Counted from the first letter of the whole stretch, positions 10,660 to 22,402 are shown. The stretch is DNA of 63,401 bases, filler included, from Octopus bimaculoides (GCF_001194135.2; 4 parts of 4 records of this genome joined end to end with filler, not necessarily neighbours in it), one strand, 5' to 3'. A program made the numbers and translations. The notes: generated by a model from the sequence alone, not told the origin.

Positions 10660-12373
10660 GTTGTTACAATCATCTCGACTTGTTTGTGTATGTTTGTGCG
10701 TTGTTCCAAAGGTTAGTAACGATTATAGAATTGTGTTTATTGTTGCATCTTTTGATACTTGATTGTGATGCCTTACGGCAGTTTTGTTACCGCTGTTCCC
10801 CTTATGTGAAAGGGGCAGCGCTGTTTGGAAAAACAAAAATGATCAATTACGAAAACTTAAGCTCCTCAGCGTTCACTTCTTCAGAGGAGGAACTAATAAA
10901 AGCCCTGGACAATTCAGACAGAAAAATGGAGTTCGCAACGGTGGCCAGAAGCCACCAAAAACAAATTAATTTCGAAGAAATTGGCAAATATAGAGAGATA
11001 TTAAGAAGGGACAATGTGAAGGTGTCCCCTCTCCAAGAAGCAATGCAAGGTGAGAAAGAAAAAATAATTATCTACAGAACATTTTCGGGAAAGAACGGGA
11101 AAATTGAGGTAATGATGGTTGCACAAATTGAAAGGGCGTTAAAGCCAATATGGAGAAATTGCTTCCCTCAAGAGAGGCCGAAACTGTGGAGGTGCGGTTC
11201 CGAGATGCTACAGTCGGCAATCCCTTTTAAAACGGAGGAGGTAGTGCTTCTACCCATATACCTTGGAAGGCAATGTTCCAGGGTAAGGGTAGAGGACATA
11301 CCCCCAGAATAGTCGTAGCCTGGCTAGTGGTCGCGACCCTGCTGGGCTTGGAGGAGAAAGTAGAGGTCCGCCAAGCCACTTGTACTGCCCATAAGAATTG
11401 GCAGGGGCAGGCTCTCGATACGTTGATCCAGGACGCCCCGGAAGATCTAGAAAAAATGAACGAGACTATAACGATTGAAGACACAATAATAAGGGTTAGA
11501 GCGGAGGGCAGGTTCCCTCGCTGCTACAAATGTGGCCAAAAGGGTAACATTAGGATAGACTGTTCTCCGCCACCCGCAGAAATGCAAACCAGCCCCGTGA
11601 GCGTAAAGGAAGCCGCACCTCCGCTTCCATCAGTAACCAGTGCGGAAGCAGAAATATGTGAAAATAAAAAGACGGATGGAAAGAGGTGGAGAAAAGAAGG
11701 AGGAAGAAACAGCCTGTGAGTGATGAGCCCCATCCCACGCCCACCCGACTTCCACCCAAGCCCACTCTTCCCCACTCTTCCCCACCCTTCCCCTGCAAAT
11801 ACCAATCCTCTCCCTGCCCCAACCGACACGGAATAAATGAGCACATACACACAGGAGCCCCAAATTTCACAACCCCTGCCCTGTAAGGAAAGAAAAGAAA
11901 AAGGTTTTTTACGAAGCAAATACCATGAATGAAATCCATTGTTGGGACAAGACAATATATGTGAGCACGTGTCTTTGTGAGAAGGTGCCCAGGAATTTGT
12001 GTTGTATTATAGTCGACCCTATGTCTGAGGAACGACTGAAGGAATATGAAGAGAACATTAAATGCGTTGCAAAGAATATAGATATCAGCGAGATGCCCAC
12101 AATGATGAGTCTACTTAATTAAAAGAAGACTTTAATATAGACATTTTACAATGTTTAACAGTTTAAAAATTTTTTTAAAAAAGAGAAAGGTATGATTGTA
12201 AGGTTAAATGAAGGCCCCCGGACGTGGAGTCAAGCGTCATCATTTCATTACTCAATTTATTTTATTTTTATTCATCATTCCATCCGTTTTTCTGTCCCCA
12301 CTTTCATTGTACCGTCCTATTTGTTAATGTATTGTCCCCTCTATATTTACCTTCTGTGGGCAATAAAGAAAAA
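10660..12373 (+). mobile_element. L1/Tx1-type non-LTR unit 1: 5'UTR, ORF1, 3'UTR and polyA signal, no ORF2
   Basis: Starts GTTGTTACAAT like unit 2 and shares 5'UTR blocks with it. Ends CAATAAAGAAAAA (AATAAA 12362). Confidence 0.65.
10839..11719 (+). pseudogene. Gag-like ORF1 with zinc knuckle, frameshifted near 11310
   Basis: EVVLLPIYLGR..V..IPPE..AWLV..NWQGQ..EGRFPRCYKCGQKGNIRIDC; the CCHC His is changed to Asn. Confidence 0.8.
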
Positions 12374-12612
12374 GTTGTTACAATAATCTCTGACCGAGCT
12401 GATCGTGAATTTTGTTTGTGCGTTGTTCGAAAGGTTTGGCGCAAGTTGTAATATTTGTGGTTAATTTGTTGAATTTGCACTGTTGAATTATTACGTTGTC
12501 GAACTTTCGATGAGTGTTTTTTAAACACCTATTTTTCTGCTTGTGATAGTCCTTTATTAACATTTTCTCCCTTGTGTGAAGGGGGCAAATATTGTATTTT
12601 TTCTAAAAAGGA

Positions 12613-13633
12613 ATGGACAAATCACCTATTAAAGCCAGTGAATAGAAAGTTATCAGAAACGGAGAAGGCAGCACAGTTTTAAATAGCATGCCGAGAAGAA
12701 TTTATTCAAGGGAGAAAAGCTAGCAATTTTGCAGCAGCGGCCGGTGTCTCGAAGATGACAATGAATTGTGGAAGCGATGAGCTCGGAAAATACAAAAGGG
12801 AGAGGAGCGAAACAATGATTACCCCTCCCAGTGAAACGACGCATAATGCACTGCTGTGTACTGTGATATACAAATCATTTGTGACCAAAGCAAGAAAACT
12901 GGATAATGCAAGTAAAGAGGTGGTGGAGTTGTGCCTCAGTCCTGTTTGAAACGACGTGGCATACGTCACAAGAGGAGTGAAGAATGCCACAATAAAAGTC
13001 TGTTTCAAAACCGAGGAAAAGGCTAAACAAGCACCAACGGAGCCATTAAAAAATACGGAGGTGGTTGTCCTACCTACTTATCTTGGAAGGCGAACTTCCA
13101 AGATTATGGTAGGAGATATCCCACCCGAACTAGACCCCGCTTGGCTGGTGACAGCCATAATAAACGGCTTGGAGGATAAGATCACAATACTCCAAGCCTC
13201 AGCACTGCCGAATTGGCAGGGGCAAGGCCTCGAAATGATTATACAGGCTGCCCCGGCCGATTTAGAAAACATTAAAGAAACTGTAGAGGTGGAGGAGACT
13301 AAACTGCGTGTCACAGTAGAGGGGAGGAAGCCTTGTTGCTACAAGCGTGGCCAAAAAGGCCACATTAGAGCCGAGTGCCAACCTCACCTCAGAAAAGCAG
13401 CGATTCCCCCACCTGTTGAAAAACAAAAGGAAAAGAAAACAGATGAAGAACCAAGTGAGGAAACATCTGAAAATCAAACAGAGGAAGAGGAAATAGAAGG
13501 AACCAAAGGCAAAGAGTGGGAGATATACTCCAGAAAAGGAAGGAAACGACCCTCCTCATCCAAACCCACTAGCCCTACAAGAAAACATAAAATACAACAA
13601 CCAACAGAACAAACAATCACCAAAAAATCCTAG
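12613..13633 (+). pseudogene. Gag-like ORF1 paralogue of unit 1
   Basis: EVVVLPTYLGR..VGDIPPELDPAWLV..NWQGQG..EGRKPCCYKRGQKGHIRAEC; the 5' part is frameshifted. Confidence 0.8.
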
Positions 13634-13892
13634 CCCAAAATGTTCCCCTCCCATCTAGACAGGGATTATACTGCAGTTGTGACGACTAACAATCACTAGC
13701 AATTTACAAGATAGACAGGGCTAACTATAATAGATTAGCAAACCGATTAAAAAATGACATAGGCCCTCTAAGGAAAAACTTTTCCCCTCTAATGTTTGAG
13801 AGTCTAGTCAATGACACCCTGCAAATCCCGGGTGAAAAACTAAAGGAATGAGATAGTAGTGCTACCCCAACTCCAACCGTGAGTACAACGCT

Positions 13893-13960
13893 ATGTATAC
13901 ACTTTATGTTGGATGTTTAAATGTACGTTGCCTTGGGGCAGAATGGAAACAAGATCCTTT
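13893..13960 (+). pseudogene. N-terminus of LINE ORF2 apurinic-type endonuclease
   Basis: MYTLYVGCLNVRCLG resembles the L.I.(T/S)LNVRGL motif at the start of L1/Tx1 EN domains. Confidence 0.5.
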
Positions 13961-13974
13961 CCCTGTATTTGATG

Positions 13975-14008
13975 AAAAAAGCCGCAATAATTTTGCACCA
14001 ACCCAATA
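13975..14008 (-). mobile_element. Solo mariner TIR
   Basis: Reverse complement TATTGGGTTGGTGCAAAATTATTGCGGCTTTTT, followed by TA on the plus strand; similar to Hsmar1/MADE1-type TIRs from memory. Confidence 0.65.
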
Positions 14009-14886
14009 TATATGTGTATATATATACATACATACATATATATATATGCGAAACCTTATGCGAAACGAATTACTATTGTCAATGCATTATATTTTTCTAA
14101 CGATGTTTTCTATCAATGATCTGGTGATTAATATATTGAAAAGTTTAAATGTGCTTAATTGATACTCATCAGTATTCTGTGCCCTAGGAAACAACTTTTG
14201 TTCCAACCTGTATCCTTGATAAATGGTAGGCGAAAATAATTATTGCCTGACCACAACCACAAATTGTGTTTAAAAATACGACAATCCTTTCAAAGGTAAG
14301 TGTACACGGCCTTTCCCGGTAAAAAAAATAGGCAATCCTCTTACACCACAGATTTATTTGTATTAATAGCTTTGTTGTGTTCTTTTAACAGAACGTAGGT
14401 ATTTTTTTATGTGAAAAATTTTAGTTATTAGGAAGTTTCAAATTGCTTTAAAACTTTATAAAGAAACTGCTCCTTGCCGCATCTTCAGGTAGGATTGTGA
14501 CCAAATCAACAGGGCGTTTTACTTTGCTTTTGGATACATAAATGTCGACTTCCGAAATTACTTCAAGAATTACACCCTCTACATATAAGTTTCATATACA
14601 TACATACGTCATACATACATACAAAGTCACCACACCTACAGGGTTATAAACATACAGTTATATATGCAGATAGACTTGGAAAATCACACGCACGTAGATA
14701 CATACAGGCATACAAAAATAAATACATATGCACTGACTCAAAATATTGCATCATACACATAAACGTGCAGAAACGCCCTGTTGATCTTGTTGAAAGTCTC
14801 AATGAAGAACCCATAGCTCTAGGTTAGAAAATGGGGTCTTTTTCCTTTGGCATGGTCTGTCATGAAAAGTACATCCATATAATATA

Positions 14887-16019
14887 TTAGGTAATTCCAT
14901 AAATAATGCAGTATTTTATACTTCTTTTATTTTTCAAAATTAAGATAAGCACAGATCTTTTTAAATCTAAAATATGCTTTCCTTCATATACTACAATGGC
15001 TTTCCATCATCTATCTGGTAAACTTGCAAGACCCCTCTTCGAAAGTTGACTTATCCATGACGAAAAAACTCCTCCGGTACTGTTCTGATCTCGTCTATAG
15101 AATTCATATTTTTTTCCATCCAAATGATTTTGAAGACTGCAGAATAAATGATAATGAGATAGGGTAATGTTCGGCGAATATGGTAGGTGGGGCATCGTTT
15201 CTCATTCAAACTGCTCTAGCCTTTCGAATGTCATTCTCGCTGTATGTGGCCAAGCATTATCCTGATGGAAGAACACCTTTCGTCTTCAAACCAAAGATGG
15301 TCGTTTTTCTCCTAGCTGGCTTAAGCTGCTCAAGCTGCTCGCTGTAGATCTCCTTTGTTATCGTTTGGTTTGGATTTAAAAGTTCAAAGTGGACTAAACA
15401 CTTCATACCCCACCAAACAGATAACAACTCCTTACATGGGTAAAGACTTTCTTTAGCATGGGGTGCCGGTGTTTCTCCTTTCCCTACCCACTCTCTTCGG
15501 CGCTTGACATTTTTATAGAGAACCCATTCTTCGTCACCAGTCACTTCTCGGAAAGTTTGTGAGGAACCCATTGACACAATTTGCGGACTTTTCCGATGGC
15601 ACGCAGGTGTCGATGAATGGTTGAATGACCAAACCCAAGCTTCTCTGCTGGTTCCTCAACAGTTACGATGGGATTTTGTTCAACCAGGGTTTGCAGGACC
15701 TCTTCGTCAAGCTCCACAGATCTTCCAGAACGAGACTAGTCTTCTAGTCTGTAGTTTTCGGTTCGGAATTTCTAGAAGCACCGTTGACAGTGGCTTACGC
15801 TTATTGTCCGATCCCCATATACGGCATTAATATTCCTCGCACTTTCCGTTACGCTTTTGCCTTTATTGAACTCATAAAGGAAAACATGCCGAAAATGTTC
15901 TTTTGTTACATCCATTATAACTTTGAAAAAATAACTGCTAAAATCGAACTGCACCCTTCAAAACTTACACTAAGAATAGCACAAGGTAAAATTACTACTT
16001 GTTTTTATAGCAAGTAGAT
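14887..16019 (-). mobile_element. Mariner transposon, nearly complete degenerate transposase, 5' end lost in a gap
   Basis: TA|TTAGGTAATTCC TIR; MDVTKEHFRHVFLYEFNKG, VTGDEEWVLY, LLSVWW and HLPYSPNITLSHYHLF. Same family as 959-1412. Confidence 0.92.
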
Positions 16020-16063
16020 NNNNNNNNNNNNNNNNNNNNNNNNNNNNNNNNNNNNNNNNNNNN

Positions 16064-16075
16064 TTAATTAATTAA
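16064..16075. other. Artificial scaffold linker TTAATTAATTAA
   Basis: Flanked by 44 N on each side; gives stops in all six frames; identical at 41718 and 60646. Confidence 0.9.
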
Positions 16076-16119
16076 NNNNNNNNNNNNNNNNNNNNNNNNN
16101 NNNNNNNNNNNNNNNNNNN

Positions 16120-16150
<31 letters not shown>

Positions 16151-16170
16151 CATACATACATACATATATA

Positions 16171-16290
16171 GCGGTTCAGCAAAAGAGACCGGCAAAGGAA
16201 GTAGGAGGCTTTAAAAAAGTTCTGGGTCGGCTAAGATCTTCAAGGCGGCGTCCCAGCATGGTCGTAGTCAAATGACTGAAACAAGTAGAA
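16171..16290 (+). mobile_element. SINE family A (tRNA/CORE type), 3' fragment
   Basis: GCGGTTCAGCAAAAGAGACC..CCAGCATGGTCGTAGTCAAATGACTGAAACAAGTA, shared with other copies in the window. Confidence 0.75.
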
Positions 16291-16769
16291 TATAATATAT
16301 TTTACAGATCTTCATGGTTTGAAGTATAAGTGACAGACGATAGCTGTAACTTACCGCGGGCTTGTGCACATGTCACCACGCTTACATCATCATGGGACTT
16401 TCAATACATGGAATGACAAATGAGATCACCATAAAGAAACATCTGTACAACGTTGGGTCATAGTAATAAAATACTTGCAACCACACAGGTTCCGTTCCCT
16501 CAGTGTATAATACCACGTAACAGGCTGAAGCGAAATGACCAGTAGTAATGTGATACAGGAGATTTTAAATCACAGTGTGCCGTCCTGCAAGTGAGATGTA
16601 GCAACAGTTATTGCCCTCACAGTTGTTACTACACCGGGAAAAATTAGATCTGAGAACAAGAGTGGCTAAGAGGTAGTTCCACACTATTCAAAATCATGAA
16701 CCTTCTGAACCAGAGCCTCATACTGGATGTGGTAAAAATCGTACCGGGACCCACAGGTATATAAACTAG

Positions 16770-17250
16770 ACAGTGGTCATGCTGGGGCACCGCCTTGAAG
16801 AATTTTAGTCGAACGAATTGACCCCAATACCTTTTAAAGCGTGGTAGTACTCTACCGATTTCCTTTGCCGAACCGCTAGGCTACGGGCACATAAACACAC
16901 AAACACAGGTTATCAAGCGGTGGTAGTGGACAAATGCTGACGCAAAGATACACACATATAGACACACAGACACGTACATGCGCACGCAAACACTCACACA
17001 CATACACACATGCAGGCACGCGCACACACACATCACACCTACACACACGCATATATATGTATATGCATACATATATATTTATATCCGTCGGGATTCTTTC
17101 ATTTTCCATCTAGCAAATCCACTCACAAGGCTTTGGTCGGTCCGAGGTTGTCGTAGAAGGCCCTTGTCCAAGGTTGTCGTAGAAGGCCCTTGTCCAAGGT
17201 GTAACGCAGTGAGACTGAACTCGGAACCGTGTATTTAGGAAGCAACCACG
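16770..17250 (-). mobile_element. SINE family A with expanded internal microsatellite and an about 26-bp internal duplication
   Basis: Homology to other copies; GGTTGTCGTAGAAGGCCCTTGTCCAA occurs twice in tandem near 17146-17198. Confidence 0.85.
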
Positions 17251-17368
17251 CGTATTCATCCATCCATCCATTCATGCCTATCTACCTACCTACTCACCTA
17301 CCAACTTACCTACACATAGACATACATACATATATACATATATACATACATGCATAATACACACACAC

Positions 17369-17438
<70 letters not shown>

Positions 17439-18169
17439 NNNNNNNNNNNNNNNNNNNNNNNNNNNNNNNNNNNNNNNNNNNNNNNNNNNNNNNNNNNNNN
17501 NNNNNNNNNNNNNNNNNNNNNNNNNNNNNNNNNNNNNNNNNNNNNNNNNNNNNNNNNNNNNNNNNNNNNNNNNNNNNNNNNNNNNNNNNNNNNNNNNNNN
17601 NNNNNNNNNNNNNNNNNNNNNNNNNNNNNNNNNNNNNNNNNNNNNNNNNNNNNNNNNNNNNNNNNNNNNNNNNNNNNNNNNNNNNNNNNNNNNNNNNNNN
17701 NNNNNNNNNNNNNNNNNNNNNNNNNNNNNNNNNNNNNNNNNNNNNNNNNNNNNNNNNNNNNNNNNNNNNNNNNNNNNNNNNNNNNNNNNNNNNNNNNNNN
17801 NNNNNNNNNNNNNNNNNNNNNNNNNNNNNNNNNNNNNNNNNNNNNNNNNNNNNNNNNNNNNNNNNNNNNNNNNNNNNNNNNNNNNNNNNNNNNNNNNNNN
17901 NNNNNNNNNNNNNNNNNNNNNNNNNNNNNNNNNNNNNNNNNNNNNNNNNNNNNNNNNNNNNNNNNNNNNNNNNNNNNNNNNNNNNNNNNNNNNNNNNNNN
18001 NNNNNNNNNNNNNNNNNNNNNNNNNNNNNNNNNNNNNNNNNNNNNNNNNNNNNNNNNNNNNNNNNNNNNNNNNNNNNNNNNNNNNNNNNNNNNNNNNNNN
18101 NNNNNNNNNNNNNNATATGTATTTATTTTCTCTAAGTTAATCAATAACTCCGACAAAATAAATTGGTTA

Positions 18170-18410
18170 ATAGATACCAGGGTAGCAAAGATCACAAAAT
18201 GACTGTGGTGTAACTCCTGTTTATGAGGTGGAAACTCCTTGTTATTTTGGGTACTTGAGTAAATATACAAATTTAGTAAATGGAGTAAAACGAATATGTT
18301 AAATGAATTCTTTTATTTCCAACATATGTTTCGAAGATTATAAATTGTACCTTCTAAAGGAATAGGTGATGTTGATAAGGATGTAATCTTCTCTTCAGGG
18401 AAATACATAG
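18170..18410 (-). mobile_element. Solitary Penelope-type pLTR-like segment, same family as 27100-27653
   Basis: Shares TACCAGGGTAGCAAA, AAATGGAGT.AAACG and ACATATGTTTCGAAGA with the 27.1-27.4 kb sequence, and contains a hammerhead. Confidence 0.65.
18314..18405 (-). ncRNA. Type I hammerhead ribozyme, canonical core
   Basis: Minus strand: TATTTCC CTGAAGA GAAGATTA [43 nt] TAATCTTC GAAA CATATG TT GGAAATA. Helix I 7 bp, helix II 8 bp, palindromic helix III, GUU triplet. Confidence 0.85.
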
Positions 18411-18616
18411 GAACCAGCTTAACCGTAAGACATTTTATATATATATATATATAATCATTTTTTCTTGCCAAATAATCATGCGCTATATGTTCGTACTTTA
18501 CTTGTTTGTTATTGGAAATCTATTGCCACACACCTGTCACCACTTCAGAGACTTTCCATTCCACGTGTCTCCTCCTGTTCCGTTTAGTCCACTCTGAAAA
18601 CATATATGTAGATATC

Positions 18617-19005
18617 TTTTATTTGTTGCGGTCATTAGACAGCGGCCATGCTGGGTCACTGCCATAAAGAATTTTTAATCAAACGAATCAACCTCAGTAG
18701 TCATTTTTAAGCCTGGTGTTTATTCTGTCACTCACTTTTGCCGAACCGCTAAGTTACGGGTGGCATAAACACATCAACGCCAGTTGTCAAGCAGTGGTGT
18801 TGGACAAACACGGACGCAAAGATACATTCATACATACATGAATGTATATACGACGGGCTTCTTTCAGTTTCCGTCTACCGAAACCAGTCACAAGGCTTTG
18901 GACGGTCCGAGGTTATCGTAGAAGGCCCTTGTCCAAGGTGCCACGCAGAGGGACTGAACCCGGAACCAGGTGGTTGGGAGCAAGTTCCTTAGCATAGAGC
19001 TATGT
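18617..19005 (-). mobile_element. SINE family A, near full length
   Basis: Reverse of the head GGTTCAGTCCC..GTGGCACCTTGGACAAG and the standard tail. Confidence 0.85.
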
Positions 19006-19699
19006 CTGAGCTTGTTTACACATCAAACAAAAAAAAATTGAGAGAGAGAGAGAGAGAGTGAGGCACGCACGCGCGCACACATACACACACTCATGCTCAT
19101 ATATGTTGATAATATTTCTTTTCAGATAAGGAAAGATCAACATATAATTGGGGCTACAACTAACATGTTCTTTTTCTTTTTCTGCTTCTCCTTCTTCTCT
19201 CTTTACATGTTTTTTTGTTTATTCTTCAATCCACTACTACATCTTCCCCTCCCCTTTGCTCTCTTTATTTTTTTTTAGCACACACTTTTTAACTCTCTTT
19301 CATATTGTCTCTCTCTTTCTCTCTCTGTTTCGTTTTATATATATATATATATATATACATACACTTTAGCTCTATCATTAACGTATATTTCGTAAGCACA
19401 TAAACCCACACTCGGGTGTATTTATATACATATATCACTAATCTGAGTACAAATATTTTCTTTTCAGTCTCGAGTAGAAATATTTTCGCACATATAGATA
19501 TATAATCACGGTTATATAGTCGTTAGAGAGTAGAAAATTATATATATTCAAGATAAATAAACTAAATATTTGATTTCAAAATTATTGTAATGAAGAGTTA
19601 GCTAGAAACATACACAAAACATTCCTGTGTGAGCATACAAACAAACATAGACACACAAACACATACACATACGTATAACTACTCCATTTCTCCTCCCGC

Positions 19700-21240
19700 A
19701 TCTTCCTCAACCCCCTCCTCTCCTTCAAATGCGCCCATAATTTATGTGTCATAGTTTTTTCCTCAACCTGGATCCTTCCTTTGCTCTCTCCCATGTTGTG
19801 GCATTTGCCCCACACGTATCCAACATCGTTATCCTTACCAGAACTCACCATCGTCCCTACCACATCACCGATTCATTTACTTGCATTTCCAATAATGTCA
19901 ACTACTGTATCTTCTGTTCTTTCTGTCTTTCCCTGTACATTGGTCAAACGGGACACCGCTTAGCCGACAGGGTCACTAAACACCCCCGGGACATCAGGCT
20001 CGGCAATACTTCCGGTCGGTCGATCTTTCGCTATAAACATATGTCTGAGTTCGGACTGTCCTAGCACTGAGGCCACCTGGGCTCCCGGCTCCACCGAGAA
20101 TAGTTGATTTACTATCTTCATTCTTCTGCTCCTAATAGCCTAACCAACCCTACAAACATTCACACACACCTCTCACCTTCCACTGTCCCACCCTCTCCAC
20201 CTGTACCTGTACACCACGTAATTCAGTACCCTCACGACACACACCATTATGCAAACTCCTACAAACACCGCTTAACTCATACCCATACCACACACCATTA
20301 TGCGCACACTACACACACTCACATGCACATGCACACACACTCCTTCCTACTCCACACACATTAGCATCCAACACCTTTCAACTCCCCAACACCCGTCACC
20401 CCTACCCCACCTCGCTCCTCCATGTATCCCCCTACAACACACACATATATGCTGGATGGCCTAACACACACATACAAGCACCTTAACACACATATACATG
20501 CACAAACGCACAACATCACACATATCAACTCCATATACACGCATACTTGATCCAGCTGCTCCACACACACACTCCAACTGATAACACTGACTACACTCGT
20601 TCACATACATACACATGGATATACACACACAGAGAATATTCACGCATAAAAACACACACAATACACATACACATCATAGTGTTACACATACACTTGCGGC
20701 ACAAACAAACATTTCATGCTCAAACACACACACGTACACACGCTATTCGCGCACGCACACGTTACCTGCTACGCACATACTTTTGCACGCACGCACACAC
20801 ATCTGATAGCCCCCGCCATACTGCATATAACCTCTCATACTCCCTCATAGATACACACGTCCACACATACACACATAAACACACGGAACGCATCGCTCCG
20901 CACAGTGCATGTACTTGTTTAATAATACACTTACACACACACACACGCTCCCATACGAACACACAGGCTTACATAAGCTTAAGTTCGCTAACGCACACAT
21001 GTCACATAAAAACGCGCGCTTGTGCACCCAAGTCCAGCCAATCACTGTTATTTTTCCCTCGAGCGACCTCTTTCTTCCGGTCATCTCAACTTGTGAAACC
21101 ATTAATTCTGACACTTTTTTCCTCTCTCTCCGTATTTTTTTCTTTCTCTCTCCATTTCTTTGTGTCGAAGAGCGTAGGCTCGAAACGTCAAAGACTTTCC
21201 TATTTTTTCTGAGCGTCAAACAAACAAAAACACTAGCTTA
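19700..21240 (+). mobile_element. Second Penelope-like remnant: GIY-YIG, CA-rich 3' region, pLTR with minimal hammerhead
   Basis: NVNYCIFCSFCLSLYIGQTGHRLADRVTKH (about 19890-19985), an upstream CCGICP linker and a hammerhead-like motif at 21157. Confidence 0.75.
21157..21194 (+). ncRNA. Decayed minimal type I hammerhead
   Basis: TCTTT GTGTCGA A GAGC-GTAG-GCTC GAAA CG TC AAAGA. All three helices are intact, but the core has 2 substitutions versus CTGACGA. Confidence 0.6.
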
Positions 21241-21450
21241 TTGATCCCTTACCGGTCTCTGTTATGTACATGTATCTTCATATATACATGTGTACACATA
21301 CACACTATATATATACATATATATCTATATATATATGGGGGAGGGTGCATCTGTGTGTATGCACGAGCCCGTGTATACTGTGTGCACCTACACATACATA
21401 TACGTATATATGTATACATATGTATATATGTATACATATGTACATACACA

Positions 21451-21487
21451 TATGGTTGGTAAGCAAGCTACTTACCACACAGCCACT

Positions 21488-21490
<3 letters not shown>
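21451..21490 (-). mobile_element. SINE family A head fragment
   Basis: Reverse complement of GGAGTGGCTGTGTGGTAAGTAGCTTGCTTACCAACCA. Confidence 0.8.
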
Positions 21491-21527
<37 letters not shown>

Positions 21528-21548
21528 AGTGTCTGGGTGTGTGTGTGT

Positions 21549-21751
21549 AAAACAAAATCGAAGCAGGAAAAGCTTATCAGCTCATTTAAATTATTTCAAT
21601 CATTATAGTGGTAAATGGATCAATGTATGGAACCGTTTCTGGGATATTTCAGAAACAGCTGTAAGACATTATTTTTAATTTTGCTTACTTCGAATCACCA
21701 TTAAAATAATTTAAATGATCCGATAAGCTTATCCTGCCTTGGTTTTGTTTT
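21549..21751. repeat. About 200-bp element with about 52-bp inverted arms around a half hammerhead
   Basis: 21549-21600 is the reverse complement of 21700-21751. The spacer has GAAA CAGCTG TA AGAC (21652-21667) but no CTGANGA. Confidence 0.7.
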
Positions 21752-22021
21752 CTTCTTCCTTCAATTTAAACCTGCTGACTCGGAAGTAGGCTGCGGATTC
21801 CCAGCTCCGGACCCCGCTGTGTACTCGAATCATAGTGGCTTATACAGCGTGCCTATTTGTTTAGACCACTAGTGGCCTAAACCCTTGCGTGTTGGTATGT
21901 TTGTGTATGTGTATGAGTATGTGTATGAGTATGTGTGTGAGTGTGTGAGTGACTACACATACACGCACGCATACGCACGCAAAAAATGTATATAAATATA
22001 TTCATTTATTTCGTCTAGAAT

Positions 22022-22072
22022 GCTCTACTGATGAAGGAAAAGTTATCAAACTTATCCAGAAATTGATCAATC
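22022..22072 (+). ncRNA. Hammerhead motif, copy a: intact core, helix I 3' strand missing
   Basis: GCTCTA CTGATGA A GGAAAAG..CTTATCC A GAAA TTGATCAA TC, then unrelated sequence. Confidence 0.65.
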
Positions 22073-22106
22073 CTATATAATTATATATCACTATATATGA
22101 ATATCA

Positions 22107-22360
22107 CTCTTTTTGCCGAACCTCTAAGTTACGGGGTCGTAAACACACCAGCATCGGTTGTCAAGCGATGTTGGGGGGACAAACACAGACACACAAACAC
22201 ACATACATAAATATATATGTATATACATATATACGACGGGCTTCTTTCAGTTTCCGTCTACCAGAAGCTATAGCAGAAGACAGTTGCCTAAGGTGCCGCG
22301 CAGTGGGACAGAACTTGGAACCATGTCGTTGGGAAGCAAGCTACTATCACACAATCACGC
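22107..22360 (-). mobile_element. SINE family A, 3'-truncated, between the two hammerhead copies
   Basis: Homology to other family A copies. Confidence 0.85.
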
Positions 22361-22402
22361 TTATACCTATTGATAAATGTTTTTATTTATTTCGCCCACT
22401 AT

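Larger units (their letters stand above)
12374..13970 (+). mobile_element. L1/Tx1-type non-LTR unit 2: 5'UTR, ORF1 and the start of ORF2, 3'-truncated
   Basis: Directly abuts the unit 1 A-tail, has a homologous 5'UTR and ORF1, and carries an APE-like start at 13893. Confidence 0.7.

Noticed and set aside
14090-14180. Minus-strand CTGATGA with a TATCAA/TTGATA helix before GAAA
   Set aside because: No helix I partner and no palindromic helix III; at best a decayed motif.
19582-19617. GTAATGA A GAG..CTA GAAA CA TA hammerhead-like string
   Set aside because: Too many mismatches in core and helices to support, though it could be an old upstream pLTR.
21859-21882. 24-bp near-palindrome GTTTAGACCACTAGTGGCCTAAAC
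   Set aside because: Short, single and without supporting context.
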